NCBI GenBank assembly: GCA_963662275.1
Contig: OY759316.1
Span: forward strand, 1,824,001 to 1,888,000
Source: Candidatus Cloacimonadales bacterium
GTDB taxonomy: Bacteria > Cloacimonadota > Cloacimonadia > Cloacimonadales > DAONDQ01
Direction of reading: 5' to 3'
DNA: 64,000 bases
This document shows, one piece after another, positions 10,597-20,401 of this stretch (positions are counted from its first letter, which is position 1; each line of letters begins with the position of its first letter). Position numbers and translations under genes: made by a program. A model generated the notes under the pieces. That model did not search any database, was not told the DNA's origin, and worked only from the letters and a program-made list of their open reading frames with translations.

Positions 10597-13500
10597 ATGT
10601 CAGACACAGATTCAAAAAAAGATATCCAATCTGCAATAACTGCATTCTCTACGGGGAGTCTGTTCGATAACACCATGGCACTATTTCATACATTAGGTTA
10701 CAATACAAATAGACAAAATCCATTATCCCAAAATACCTATACCTGTTTCAAAGATACATTTATTCCATCAGATTGTCGCTTTAATGAAGATAAGGCATTA
10801 GCAAATACGGATTGGAAAAGCATAGATTTACAATTTCAACTGACAACAGAAGAATTATCGGATGATTTATTTCAATTTACGAACAAGAAAGTAAATAATA
10901 GAGACATTCAATCCTATCTGTTCATTGCCGTTGAACTCTTGAAATCTGAATACGCGCGTACAGCATTGGCACAAATCACACGTGAAATCAATAAAGTTTT
11001 ACCATGCCAGTGATGGTATTATTCAAATACGATGATAATCTCACATTATCAGTTATCAACCGCAGGCAGCATAAGAAAGATGCCCAGAAGGATGTGCTGG
11101 AAAAAGTCACTTTAATTCAAGGTATTTCAATCTCCCACCCACATCGTGCCCATGTTGAGATCCTATTTGATCTTTCACTGGATGAACTCAGGAGAGTCTA
11201 CAAGTGTTCCAATTTTGTCGAGTTGGATAATGCCTGGCAGAAAACACTTGATATAAAAGAATTGAATAAAAGATTTTATGAGGAATTATCGAATTGGTAT
11301 TTCTGGGCAATTAAGGAAGTTACTTTCCCTGGATTAGAGATAGAAAGTGACAAGGATTCAGCATTTTTGCAAGAGGATGCAATTCATGATCATAACGCGA
11401 AAAATCTAATTCGCTTATTAACACGACTTCTATTTGTTTGGTTTTTTAAAGAGAAGCATCTGATACCTGAAGAGATTTTTGATGAAAAGTATATAGATAA
11501 ACAACTAATATATGGCTTTGAAGCTTGTCATTTATCTGAGAGTAAGCCTGAAATGCAAAAGGATAGATATTATCGTGCAATTTTGCAGAATTTATTTTTT
11601 GCTACCTTGAATCAATATGTTGGTAAACGTTCTTTCCGATTAGATAGTCAACAAATGAATATCACAAATCTTATGCGTTACAAGAGTTATTTTAGAAACC
11701 CTCTTGAATTCATAATTATGCTTGATAACATGGTTCCTTTTATTAACGGAGGTCTGTTCGAAAGTTTGGATCATCCTGATTCATCAATTAAAGGGAAACT
11801 TGGAGGTGATTTTATAATTTATCAAGATGGATTTTCAGATCGAAAAGACAATATCTTGAATGTACCTGATTTCCTATTTTTTGCTAAAGAAGTTCATGTA
11901 GATCTTTCAGGAGAATTGCGAGACAAGAAAAAGAAGGATGTAGAAGTGAGTGGAATTATCTGCATCCTTAAAAAATATAAATTTACTGTAACCGAGAATA
12001 CACCAATTGAAGAGGATGTAGCTCTCGACCCTGAATTATTAGGAAGAGTCTTTGAAAGTCTACTTGCCAGTTACAATCCTGAGACAAAAGTCACTGCTAG
12101 AAAACAAACTGGAAGTTTCTATACCCCAAGAGAAATCGTTGATTATATGGTTGATGAATCACTGAAATCATATTTAAAACAAAAACTAATCACATTTACA
12201 AAAATGAATTCGGAAGATGCTGATATTGGTTTAGAATTCCTATTAGGTTATTATGAAAAGGAACATCTTTTTAACCTTGAAGAAACCAAAGTACTTATAG
12301 AAGCAATTGATGAATGCAAAATACTTGATCCCGCCTGTGGCTCAGGTGCATTCCCGATGGGTATATTACATAAATTTGTTCATATTTTGCATAAACTTGA
12401 TCCTTTTAATAAACTATGGAAAGAAAGGCAGATAACTAAAGCTCTGAAAATTGATGATCCTCAAATTAGGGATAATGCTGTTGAAGAGATCGAGCTTGCA
12501 TTTAATAGTATTGAGCTGGATTATGGACGTAAACTATTTCTGATTGAAAACTGTATTTATGGTGTAGATATACAACCAATTGCTATACAAATAAGCAAAT
12601 TACGTTTCTTAATTTCACTAATCGTAGACCAGAGACCTGAAAAGGGTAAAAGTAACTTTGGTATTCGTCCCTTGCCTAACTTGGAAACTAATTTTGTAGC
12701 AGCAAATACTTTAATAAGAATTGAAAAGCAAACGGAAAAACAAGATCTATTTGCTAATGATGAAATTAGAGAATATGAGAAACAACTTGAAGATATTAGG
12801 CATAATATCTTTTCTGCTAAGACACCTTCTGATAAAAGAGATTTCAAGGAACAAGATAAGTCAATAAGAGTTAAAATGTCTCTAAAGCTTGAAGAATTGA
12901 TGAATGATGAATGTATAAGTTTTGTATCTAAAAGTAAAGAGTCTCTTAAAATAGAATATTACAAGGATATGATTCATAAACACGGGGAAACCCCGGAGTA
13001 TTTAAAAGAAATAAAAAAACTCAAGGATAAATTGAGCAAATCAACAGATGTTTTGCAAGAAGTCAATAGAGAAAATGCACATAAGTTAGCATCCTGGGAT
13101 CCATATAATCAAAATAAAAGCGGTCAGTTTTTCGACCCAGAATGGATGTATGGCATAACTGAAGGGTTTGATGTGATGATTGGCAATCCCCCGTATATTA
13201 GTGCATTAGATTTCTCAAAAATATATAGTAAAAAACTCAGAGAAATTTATAATAATCAATTTCACTCAGCGAAGGGATCATATGATTATTATGTCCTATT
13301 TTTTGAACAAGGACTATCATTATGTAAAAAAGAAGCTATTTTATGCTTTATAACACCAAACAAATACCTTGCAGCAAAGTATGCAGAAGCGCTTCGTGCT
13401 TGGATTCTACAAAATGCGTCATTAGTTAAGATACTAGATGTATCAAAAATACCTGTTTTTGAAGAAGTTTCTGTTTACCCAATTATCTCAGTTTTAAAGA

Positions 13501-14537
13501 AATGTAATGAGCAAAAGAGTATCGTAGAATCGGTTTTACCCAAGCCAATACAATCAGATATATTAGACCTCGATGACTACGAAAAATACATGATACCTCA
13601 TGAATTACTTTCAAAATTACCAGAAAACATTTGGGGGTTTTTGTTATCTAGAAATTTCGATATGTTAAATCCGATTATGCGACATACAAAACCATTAGAT
13701 GAATTTGGTGAAGTTAATGCAACTACTACAGCCTCAGAAGCAGATGAATATGGTAAAATGTTAACTAATAATGAGACAATAAACTCAAAAAAAGTAATAA
13801 ACACTGGAACAATAGAACCATATGTTTCTCAATGGGGGATTAGTAGTATGACTGATTCTGGGCAATCTTTCCTAACACCGTACTTGACTTTGGACGATAC
13901 TTTAATTAATCAAAGGCGTATTGATATGTATTGTTCTCCTAAAGTAATCTATGCAAAGATTGCTAAATCATGTGAAGCTGTTGTTGATATAAACTCTGAA
14001 TATGCCTCACTTAACACAAATTGCTTTTATAATCCCAAAAAGGATATTACAATTGAATATGTAGGAGCAATAAGCAATTCAAAACTCTTTATGTTCATAT
14101 ATGATTTATTCTTCGGTGCATTAAGAATGAGCGGTGGATATTATCAATTTCAAGCTCCACAATTACGAGTTATCCCAATCGCTGATAATAGTTCAAAACC
14201 TTCTGCACTTTTCGATCAAATTGTAAGAATAATGATGTTGTGTATCCATCATAAAATTGCGATAAAAATAATGTTCTTCTCTGATCTAATCAACGCTATG
14301 GTTTACGAACTCTATTTCCCGGAAGAGATCAAATCAGCAGATGCAGAAGTGTTGAAGCATTTAACAAATCTGCCTGAGTTGAAAGACGAATGGAGTGATC
14401 AGCAGAAGATGGAAGTTATAGAGAAGGTTTACCAGGAACTCTCTGATCCAAAGCATCCTGTATCAATTGCCATGGCGAAACAGAAGACGGTGCCGGAAGT
14501 GAGGATAATAGAGGGGCTGGAACGCCTCACCCCGTGA
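10597..14537 (+). pseudogene. Eco57I/Type IIG-like N6-adenine methyltransferase with TaqI_C-like TRD, split by a -1 frameshift near 11000 (ORFs 10597-11013 and 11004-14537)
   Basis: Motif I 'ILDPACGSGAF', motif IV 'IGNPPY', 'RKQTGSFYTPREIVDYMV'; the two ORFs join as 'ITREINKVL(P)MPVMVLFK' if one base is added; ORF2 alone could still be translated from its own ATG. Confidence 0.8.
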
Positions 14538-14780
14538 GGTGGCACAGTGCACCCCGTGCGCTGTGAAGCCTTATGAACACTCGCAGTTTAGAATTAAGAA
14601 AAGACTTGAAAATAAATAGAAGCAAATCTAATTGTCATTGTTGTTTATCAGTTGAATGACTTGTAGCACATACTTCAGGATATAAGTCATTAGTGGCAAT
14701 TGCAAAATTAAGCTGAGTGATTTGCAGAAGATTTGAAACGCACGGGGTGCGTTTTGCCACCTGACGGGGTCAGGCGTTCC
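14519..14780. mobile_element. 262-bp REPIN/MITE-like element with about 42-bp terminal inverted repeats
   Basis: left GGAACGCCTCACCCCGTGAGGTGGCACAGTGCACCCCGTGCG; right is the near-perfect reverse complement (14739-14780); solo third copy at 18654-18698. Confidence 0.75.
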
Positions 14781-14784
14781 GATG

Positions 14785-14856
14785 AAGCATCCTGTATCTA
14801 TTGCCATGGGGAATCAGAAGATTGTACCGGAGGTGATGAGAATAGAGGGGTTGGAA
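14785..14856 (+). pseudogene. diverged duplicate of the MTase C-terminus
   Basis: 62/72 nt identical to 14451-14522; encodes KHPVSIAMGNQKIVPEVMRIEGLE versus KHPVSIAMAKQKTVPEVRIIEGLE. Confidence 0.8.
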
Positions 14857-14917
14857 GAGACAATTAAAAGTAAAAATCAAAAATTGCAGAAGTGTGCAGT
14901 CAAATTATGGAGGTTGT

Positions 14918-15892
14918 ATGATAAATAACTGGTACGATCCCAATAAAAGAATGTATGGCAACCCGGAAATTTATAGACTGATAAGTGACTATCTGGAAAA
15001 GAGATATGATGGGATTGAACAAATCCATAAAACATGGAAAAAACAGATCGGGACTCTCCTTTTAAGTCTATCTGCATTTAAACTCTCTACAAATGAAATA
15101 AATAGCTCCATCATTAAGAACAGCAGGATGTCTATCAATGTTCCTATAGAAATTGTGCGGTTGGGAATAAATGATATAATGAAAGTTCTGGGAATGAACG
15201 ATGTGGTAGAATTATGGAAAGCGATTATAGTTCCCAAAATTAAATCAGCAGGAACAGGAATTAGATTACTGGAAGATTATTGGGATCTGTTTGCTGGGGA
15301 ATTAGATTCTGCTGACTTTGATATTAGAAAAGGTCATGTATCTTCACTATATAAACTTATTCAGTCATTAAGAAGCATCAATACAGAAGAAATGCTCAAC
15401 CATTTATTGAAAGAAGAAGATATTGCCGGACAAGTCAGAGACTTTCTCGGTGTCTATTTTCATAGAGATTCAAGTCAGAGAATCGAACTATATGCTGAAA
15501 AAATAATAATCTCCGCTGAATTACTTGGAGTTGGGGTTGAAGCCCTTACTTTCGTCGTCTTAGTCCACGAAATGACACATGCATATACAATATCGGGTTT
15601 TGATTTAAATGGTGACCAAGGTCAAATAAAAGGAAAATGCTGCGACAAAAATATTGTAGAAGGGGTGGCGCAATTCTATACTGATGCTATTTGTAGACAA
15701 ATGGAGGATAGAATTCCTGGAGTATATAGCGCTTTTTCTAAACTTATGAATTTTCAACCCTCACCTTATACAAGACATCGACAATGGTTCATTCCATTTG
15801 CTTATAATCACGAAAAGGTTAGAAAAGCTTTTCTACTTTACAGGAATAACCCCGATTTGCATTCGCTTGACTTTGAGAAGGCTCTTCATTAG
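14918..15892 (+). CDS. hypothetical HExxH zinc-metallopeptidase-like protein
   Basis: GGAGG RBS before ATG 14918; 'VLVHEMTHAY' with a downstream 'IVEGVAQ' as candidate third ligand. Confidence 0.6.
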   Translation: MINNWYDPNKRMYGNPEIYRLISDYLEKRYDGIEQIHKTWKKQIGTLLLSLSAFKLSTNEINSSIIKNSRMSINVPIEIVRLGINDIMKVLGMNDVVELWKAIIVPKIKSAGTGIRLLEDYWDLFAGELDSADFDIRKGHVSSLYKLIQSLRSINTEEMLNHLLKEEDIAGQVRDFLGVYFHRDSSQRIELYAEKIIISAELLGVGVEALTFVVLVHEMTHAYTISGFDLNGDQGQIKGKCCDKNIVEGVAQFYTDAICRQMEDRIPGVYSAFSKLMNFQPSPYTRHRQWFIPFAYNHEKVRKAFLLYRNNPDLHSLDFEKALH

Positions 15893-16029
15893 TTGATTAA
15901 CTTTATAAAATCAAGTAGGATACAAACAAAATGTACAGAAGATAATAAATTTGAATTGAAATTCAGTCAGAGAATAAAAAAATATGTGTTTTTAATTAGC
16001 AGGAGGGAAGATGTCGGTTAAATTATTGC

Positions 16030-16056
16030 TTGACGAGTTTACCCATAGGTTAACTT
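16030..16056 (+). promoter_or_regulatory. putative TA promoter/operator
   Basis: TTGACG followed by imperfect palindrome AGTTTACCCATAGGTTAACT directly before the toxin ORF. Confidence 0.45.
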
Positions 16057-16482
16057 ATGGGGCGTAGTTACACAGAAATTCCGTTGGATGGATTTCGAAA
16101 GGAATTCAATATTGCAGATAAAAGAGTAACATTGTATGTTGATGATTTGAATTCTGAAGAGATCTTTGAAGTCTTGGCAACTTATATTAAGCATTTTAAT
16201 GTTGTTTTGTTTTGGTTATTGAAAGGAGTTAACACCTATAATGATGATCATTATGGAGATGAAAGCATATCTGCTGAAACCAAGGGAATTAAGGCAATGA
16301 AGTTCAAAACAGGGAAAGGTCAGAACTATCGTATCTATTGCCGCGAGTTTTTTAATTCGGATAAAACAAAAAAGAAAGTAATTATGTCATATGCCTTTCA
16401 TAAGAAATCGGAAGGCATGGATAAAAAGTTGATAAATCTACTCAAAGCAATTGGGGAGTATGATTATGAAATCACATGGTAA
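16057..16482 (+). CDS. RelE/HigB(Gp49)-like toxin
   Basis: 141 aa; 'IKAMKFK...NYRIYC...VIMSYAFHKKS' matches the RelE-fold pattern; sits toxin-first before an XRE HTH gene. Confidence 0.7.
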   Translation: MGRSYTEIPLDGFRKEFNIADKRVTLYVDDLNSEEIFEVLATYIKHFNVVLFWLLKGVNTYNDDHYGDESISAETKGIKAMKFKTGKGQNYRIYCREFFNSDKTKKKVIMSYAFHKKSEGMDKKLINLLKAIGEYDYEITW

Positions 16483-16912
16483 AAAAATAGATCTGCAGGA
16501 TAAACTTTCAAAACTTCTTGAACCAACTGATATCAACGATCAAATCAAAGTCAAAGAAATGATCATCAATTCAGTCATCATGGAACAAATTGACTTTTAC
16601 TTGAAAGACAAGGGTCTAAACAGATCAGATCTGGCTAAAATACTTGGTGTTTCCAAGTCCTATGTGAGCCAGCTATTCAGTTGTAATAAAACAATCAACC
16701 TTAACATGATCGCTGCCATTGAAAAGCATCTTGATCTGAGTTTTTTTATCAAGATCACTCCACCACTTTATTCAACATTCTGTGAAACAGAGCCTTTGAA
16801 TGAAGGGTTTTGGAAACAGGTGGATGTGGTTCGTGACATTGTAGAGCCGAGTGACCAAGATCAATTCAAAAAATTGCCGAAACGAGCAATTAATTTTAAT
16901 GGGGAGAGTTAA
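16466..16912 (+). CDS. XRE-family HTH antitoxin (HigA-like) with C-terminal extension
   Basis: 'KGLNRSDLAKILGVSKSYVSQLFS...INLNMIAAIEKHL'; about 55-aa tail; GGGGAG RBS; overlaps the toxin 3' end. Confidence 0.8.
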   Translation: MKSHGKKIDLQDKLSKLLEPTDINDQIKVKEMIINSVIMEQIDFYLKDKGLNRSDLAKILGVSKSYVSQLFSCNKTINLNMIAAIEKHLDLSFFIKITPPLYSTFCETEPLNEGFWKQVDVVRDIVEPSDQDQFKKLPKRAINFNGES

Positions 16913-16915
16913 TTC

Positions 16916-17365
16916 ATGGATATACTACGTTCAGAATTAGACTTAAAGGATTTTGTAGTACTAAAGTGCAACTTTGAGTCGATCTTTCCTGAAAAAGAAG
17001 CAGTAGAAGCTTCAAAAGCTTTAAAAGATTTGCCCGTGGATATTGATTTCAATCTCTTTCAAAATGAGAAATCAAATGAATTTCGAATCGTTATTGATGT
17101 TAAGATCAACTGCAATGAAGAGAAGTTGCCAGGTTATACAATAGTAGCGAAAGCAGCTTCAAGATTTGATTTAAATATTATTGAAGAGAATCCGGAAGAT
17201 AAGAAGAACGGATTGATTAACTCAGCAGTTCAAATTACAATAAACTCTGTACGAGGATATCTGTGGAGTGGGACTTCATTCGGAATCTATGGCAGATATA
17301 CATTGCCAACAATCAATCTACCAGCATTGATGAAGGCTAAAGTCGATCAGAAAGAGAAGAAATAG
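16916..17365 (+). CDS. SecB-like chaperone
   Basis: 149 aa; beta-strand N-half, then 'NSAVQITINSVRGYL...TSFGIYGRYTLPTINL' resembling the SecB C-terminal helix and 'LP.IN' motif; 3 nt after the antitoxin stop. Confidence 0.7.
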   Translation: MDILRSELDLKDFVVLKCNFESIFPEKEAVEASKALKDLPVDIDFNLFQNEKSNEFRIVIDVKINCNEEKLPGYTIVAKAASRFDLNIIEENPEDKKNGLINSAVQITINSVRGYLWSGTSFGIYGRYTLPTINLPALMKAKVDQKEKK

Positions 17366-17677
17366 CAGAAAGATGGAAGATATAAGATTGGCAGAGTTTG
17401 CAGGATTTGAGATAGAAATTTCCTCTTGACTCATTCACTAAAGAAGGAAACAATACTTAATATACAGCATGGGAAGATACATAGCACATCCGGGGGTAAA
17501 GAAATGGCAAAGAATCAAATAAAAGAACCCTCCATTCAATACAAGCATAGTTGTACACTTTGAAATTGGAAATTGAAAACCTCTATTCTGAATTACAAGA
17601 AAATGAGAAGTTATCTGATGAATGGGCAAAATACAAATTTACGTTACAAAGTATAATAATAAAGCACTGCGAATAAC

Positions 17678-17827
17678 GCTCAATTTAGCACGAATCAGAT
17701 ACTGAAAGTATGCCAGGATAAGCTTGAAATTGAATTCAAGAGAACCAAAGAGTATAATGGCTGGTATGTATTGGATGAGAAACGTATTTGCCCTATTACC
17801 ATCCCGAAAGGCAGAAAAGCAGACTAG
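17678..17827 (+). pseudogene. possible HicA-like toxin remnant
   Basis: start-less frame AQFSTNQILKVCQDKLEIEFKRTKEYNGWYVLDEKRICPITIPKGRKAD*, ending at a palindromic repeat; similarity judged by eye only. Confidence 0.3.
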
Positions 17828-18442
17828 ATCAAACTCATCCGTCACTTCGTGCCACCTTCTCTTTATCCAAAGAGAAGGAGAAATTTAGATTATTTTCATT
17901 TTTTTAAAAATAAATCGAAATGCTCCCTCGATTTGGGCAAAATGCTCCCTCCTATATATATATGAGAGGACTTTTTCAAAAGTGCGAAGTTCGAAGTGCG
18001 AAGTTCGAAGGAGCAGAGCAGAAAGTTCGAAGTTCGTCAGATGAAGGACTCCCGAAATAAATTAAAAGAGGAAATGAAAATGAAACCCAAATTCAATCAC
18101 ATACAGCCAGATAGTGCGAAGTACGAAATTCGAAGTACGAAGTTGAAGAAAAGAAAAAATGAAGTACAGACAAAGTCAAAGAGATTGGTTTCATTTAGCT
18201 GTTTTTTTAGAAGCTACTATAATGGATGTAATTTCGTTCATTTCGTTGTACAATTGAGTTAATTGAGGTTCATCAGAACATCCTAATTCTTTCAATAATT
18301 CCAACCAATACAAATTGGTAATTCTTACTTCACACTTCGCACTTCGCACTTCATTAATGTGTTATTTAACTTCCATCATTCATCTGCATAATGACTATAT
18401 TGAAATGGATGGGCATAAAGAAATGGAGATAATAATAAAGCA

Positions 18443-18547
18443 TTGAAGAGCATAGCCGTTTGAAAACAGCGTTCCATTGTTGAAGAGCATAGCCGTTTGA
18501 AAACAGCGTTCCATTGTTGCAGAGAATAGCCGTTTGAAAACAGCGTT
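18443..18547. repeat. 37-bp tandem repeat x3
   Basis: TTGAAGAGCATAGCCGTTTGAAAACAGCGTTCCATTG at 18443, 18480 and 18517; its core recurs in reverse at 29441-29466. Confidence 0.85.
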
Positions 18548-18653
18548 ACGTTATAATGCCACCCCTAAAAGGGTTTGGGAATTGGGATGTGCCGCATGTT
18601 TCCTGAGGTTCCACTTCGTTCCACCACAGGCTATCGGATTTAGAACAGCAGTC

Positions 18654-18698
18654 GGAACGCCTCACCCCGTGAGGTGGCAAAACGCACCCCGTGCGTTT
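18654..18698 (+). repeat. solo copy of the GGAACGC double-hairpin repeat
   Basis: matches the ends of the 14519-14780 element; hairpins CCTCAC-CCC-GTGAGG and AAACGCAC-CCC-GTGCGTTT. Confidence 0.8.
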
Positions 18699-18744
18699 AT
18701 AACTCCCCTCTAATGTGATTTCATCATCCAGGATTGCAAATCAG

Positions 18745-18771
18745 AGGATAAACACATAGGTTTATCCCTAC
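18745..18771 (-). repeat. GTAG-type REP-like hairpin, copy 2 of 3
   Basis: reverse complement GTAGGGATAAACCTATGTGTTTATCCT. Confidence 0.8.
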
Positions 18772-19009
18772 ATGCTGCATTGCAAGAATGACATTGACAA
18801 AAAAGTTAAACTAACCACATATGACACCAGATATGTATTTATCTATAAATTACAAGGAGTTAGTGACATGATGATTAACAATTAAAGTTCAGCTGCTTTC
18901 CTTTCATTTATTATAAACCAAGAAAAATAATACTTTCTTTGAATATAAATTGGCATGGAAGTCGGCTGATAACGAGTTGATACCATGCTATTGTTTTATC
19001 CAGATGGAT

Positions 19010-19048
19010 AACAGACTTGGGATCAGCTCTCAAGTCCGTTTTTTATTT
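19010..19048 (+). terminator. intrinsic-terminator-like hairpin in the hflX 5' leader
   Basis: GACTTGGGA-TCAGC-TCTCAAGTC followed by a T-tract, about 20 nt before the hflX start. Confidence 0.55.
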
Positions 19049-19066
19049 GCATAAAAAGGAGATTTT

Positions 19067-20401
19067 ATGAACCACATACACGACCCGAACTTTTTTGAGA
19101 AAGAATTTGATCCCGCAACTGATACATTAGACCTTAATCGTGTGCTCCTGACCGGCATATGCCTGGATAAGGATAATTTCGATGAATCCCTGGCATCTTT
19201 GGATGAGTTGGAGAGACTAGTTGATACAGCAGGATTGGTATCTGCCGGTAAAATGCTGCAGCGTAGGAAGAAGCCTGACCAGACCACTTATGTGGGGAAG
19301 GGTTATGCTGAATTACTGAAAGCTGAAATGCTGGAAAAAAGGGCAAGCATGCTTGTCTTTGATAATGAATTAGCTCCCAAGCAATCGCAGAACCTGGAAA
19401 AGATGCTGGATGTGAAAGTGATAGACCGTACAGAAATCATCCTGCAGATCTTTCATCAGCATGCTCGGACAGGAGAAGCTAAGTTACAGGTGAAATTAGC
19501 GGAACTGAAGTATCAGTTACCCCGTTTAAAGCAGTTATGGGGTCATTTTGACAGGGAGGCAGGTTCAGCCAGATCCGGTGGTGGTGGCAGTGCTACCAGA
19601 GGTATGGGTGAAAAGCAGCTTGAAATTGATAAGAGGCGTATTCGTAATGATATTTATAAGATCGAAAGATCATTAAACCAGATCATTTCTCAGAACGAAA
19701 CACAACGCAAACTGCGTCAATCCATGAAGAAGATATGTATCGTCGGTTATACCAATGCAGGGAAGTCAACACTATTTAATTATTTGACCCATGCAGGTGT
19801 ACTGATGGAAGATAAGCTTTTTGCAACTCTTGATTCAACAACACGTACGCTGAAAATCGAGAAGGGGGAAGAGGTTGCATTGTCAGATACCGTTGGCTTC
19901 ATTTCACGTCTTCCGCATCATCTTGTAGCTTCATTCAGGGCAACTTTGAAAGAAGTTGTGGATGCTGATTTACTGTTGCATATTGTAGATATTTCTGATT
20001 CCCGTCATCGAGTCTATATCCAGGAAGTCGATAAAGTCCTGGAACAGCTTAAAGCGGATCAGCTTCCCCAAATAATGATTGCGAACAAGATGGATAAACT
20101 GAGTATGGAACAATTGAAATTCCTGAAACATGCCAATAAGGAAGCTTGTTTCATTTCTTCAGTAACCGGTGATGGGATTCCTGAATTACTCAAATCTATC
20201 GATGAGCTGATGCATACCACTATCACTAAAGTCCTGTTAATTCCTTATACCGAACAGCGTATGGTACCGATACTTCATCAAAAGGCGAAGATCATATCCC
20301 AGGAATGTGAAGAGACAGGAACCAGGTTTATTGTGGAATTACACGCTGATGATGTGCAGAGGTTCGAGCAGTTTGAATTGAAAATTAAGAAGAAAAAATA
20401 G
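19067..20401 (+). CDS. hflX: ribosome-splitting GTPase HflX
   Basis: 'VIDRTEIILQIF..HART.EAKLQV.LA', 'GEKQLEIDKR', G1 'GYTNAGKS', 'LFATLD', 'DTVGFI', NKMD. Confidence 0.97.
   Translation: MNHIHDPNFFEKEFDPATDTLDLNRVLLTGICLDKDNFDESLASLDELERLVDTAGLVSAGKMLQRRKKPDQTTYVGKGYAELLKAEMLEKRASMLVFDNELAPKQSQNLEKMLDVKVIDRTEIILQIFHQHARTGEAKLQVKLAELKYQLPRLKQLWGHFDREAGSARSGGGGSATRGMGEKQLEIDKRRIRNDIYKIERSLNQIISQNETQRKLRQSMKKICIVGYTNAGKSTLFNYLTHAGVLMEDKLFATLDSTTRTLKIEKGEEVALSDTVGFISRLPHHLVASFRATLKEVVDADLLLHIVDISDSRHRVYIQEVDKVLEQLKADQLPQIMIANKMDKLSMEQLKFLKHANKEACFISSVTGDGIPELLKSIDELMHTTITKVLLIPYTEQRMVPILHQKAKIISQECEETGTRFIVELHADDVQRFEQFELKIKKKK

Noticed and set aside
7032..14537. Complete DISARM system
   Set aside because: No drmA, drmB (DUF1998) or stand-alone drmC.
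14451..14856. DGR template/variable repeat pair
   Set aside because: Mismatches are not confined to adenines in either copy, and no reverse transcriptase is present.
17996..18262. 88-aa ORF
   Set aside because: Built largely from heptamer repeats with no recognisable domain; probably spurious.
18443..18547. CRISPR array (37-bp unit containing TTGAAAAC)
   Set aside because: Units are head-to-tail without spacers, and the core recurs as a dispersed repeat at 29441.
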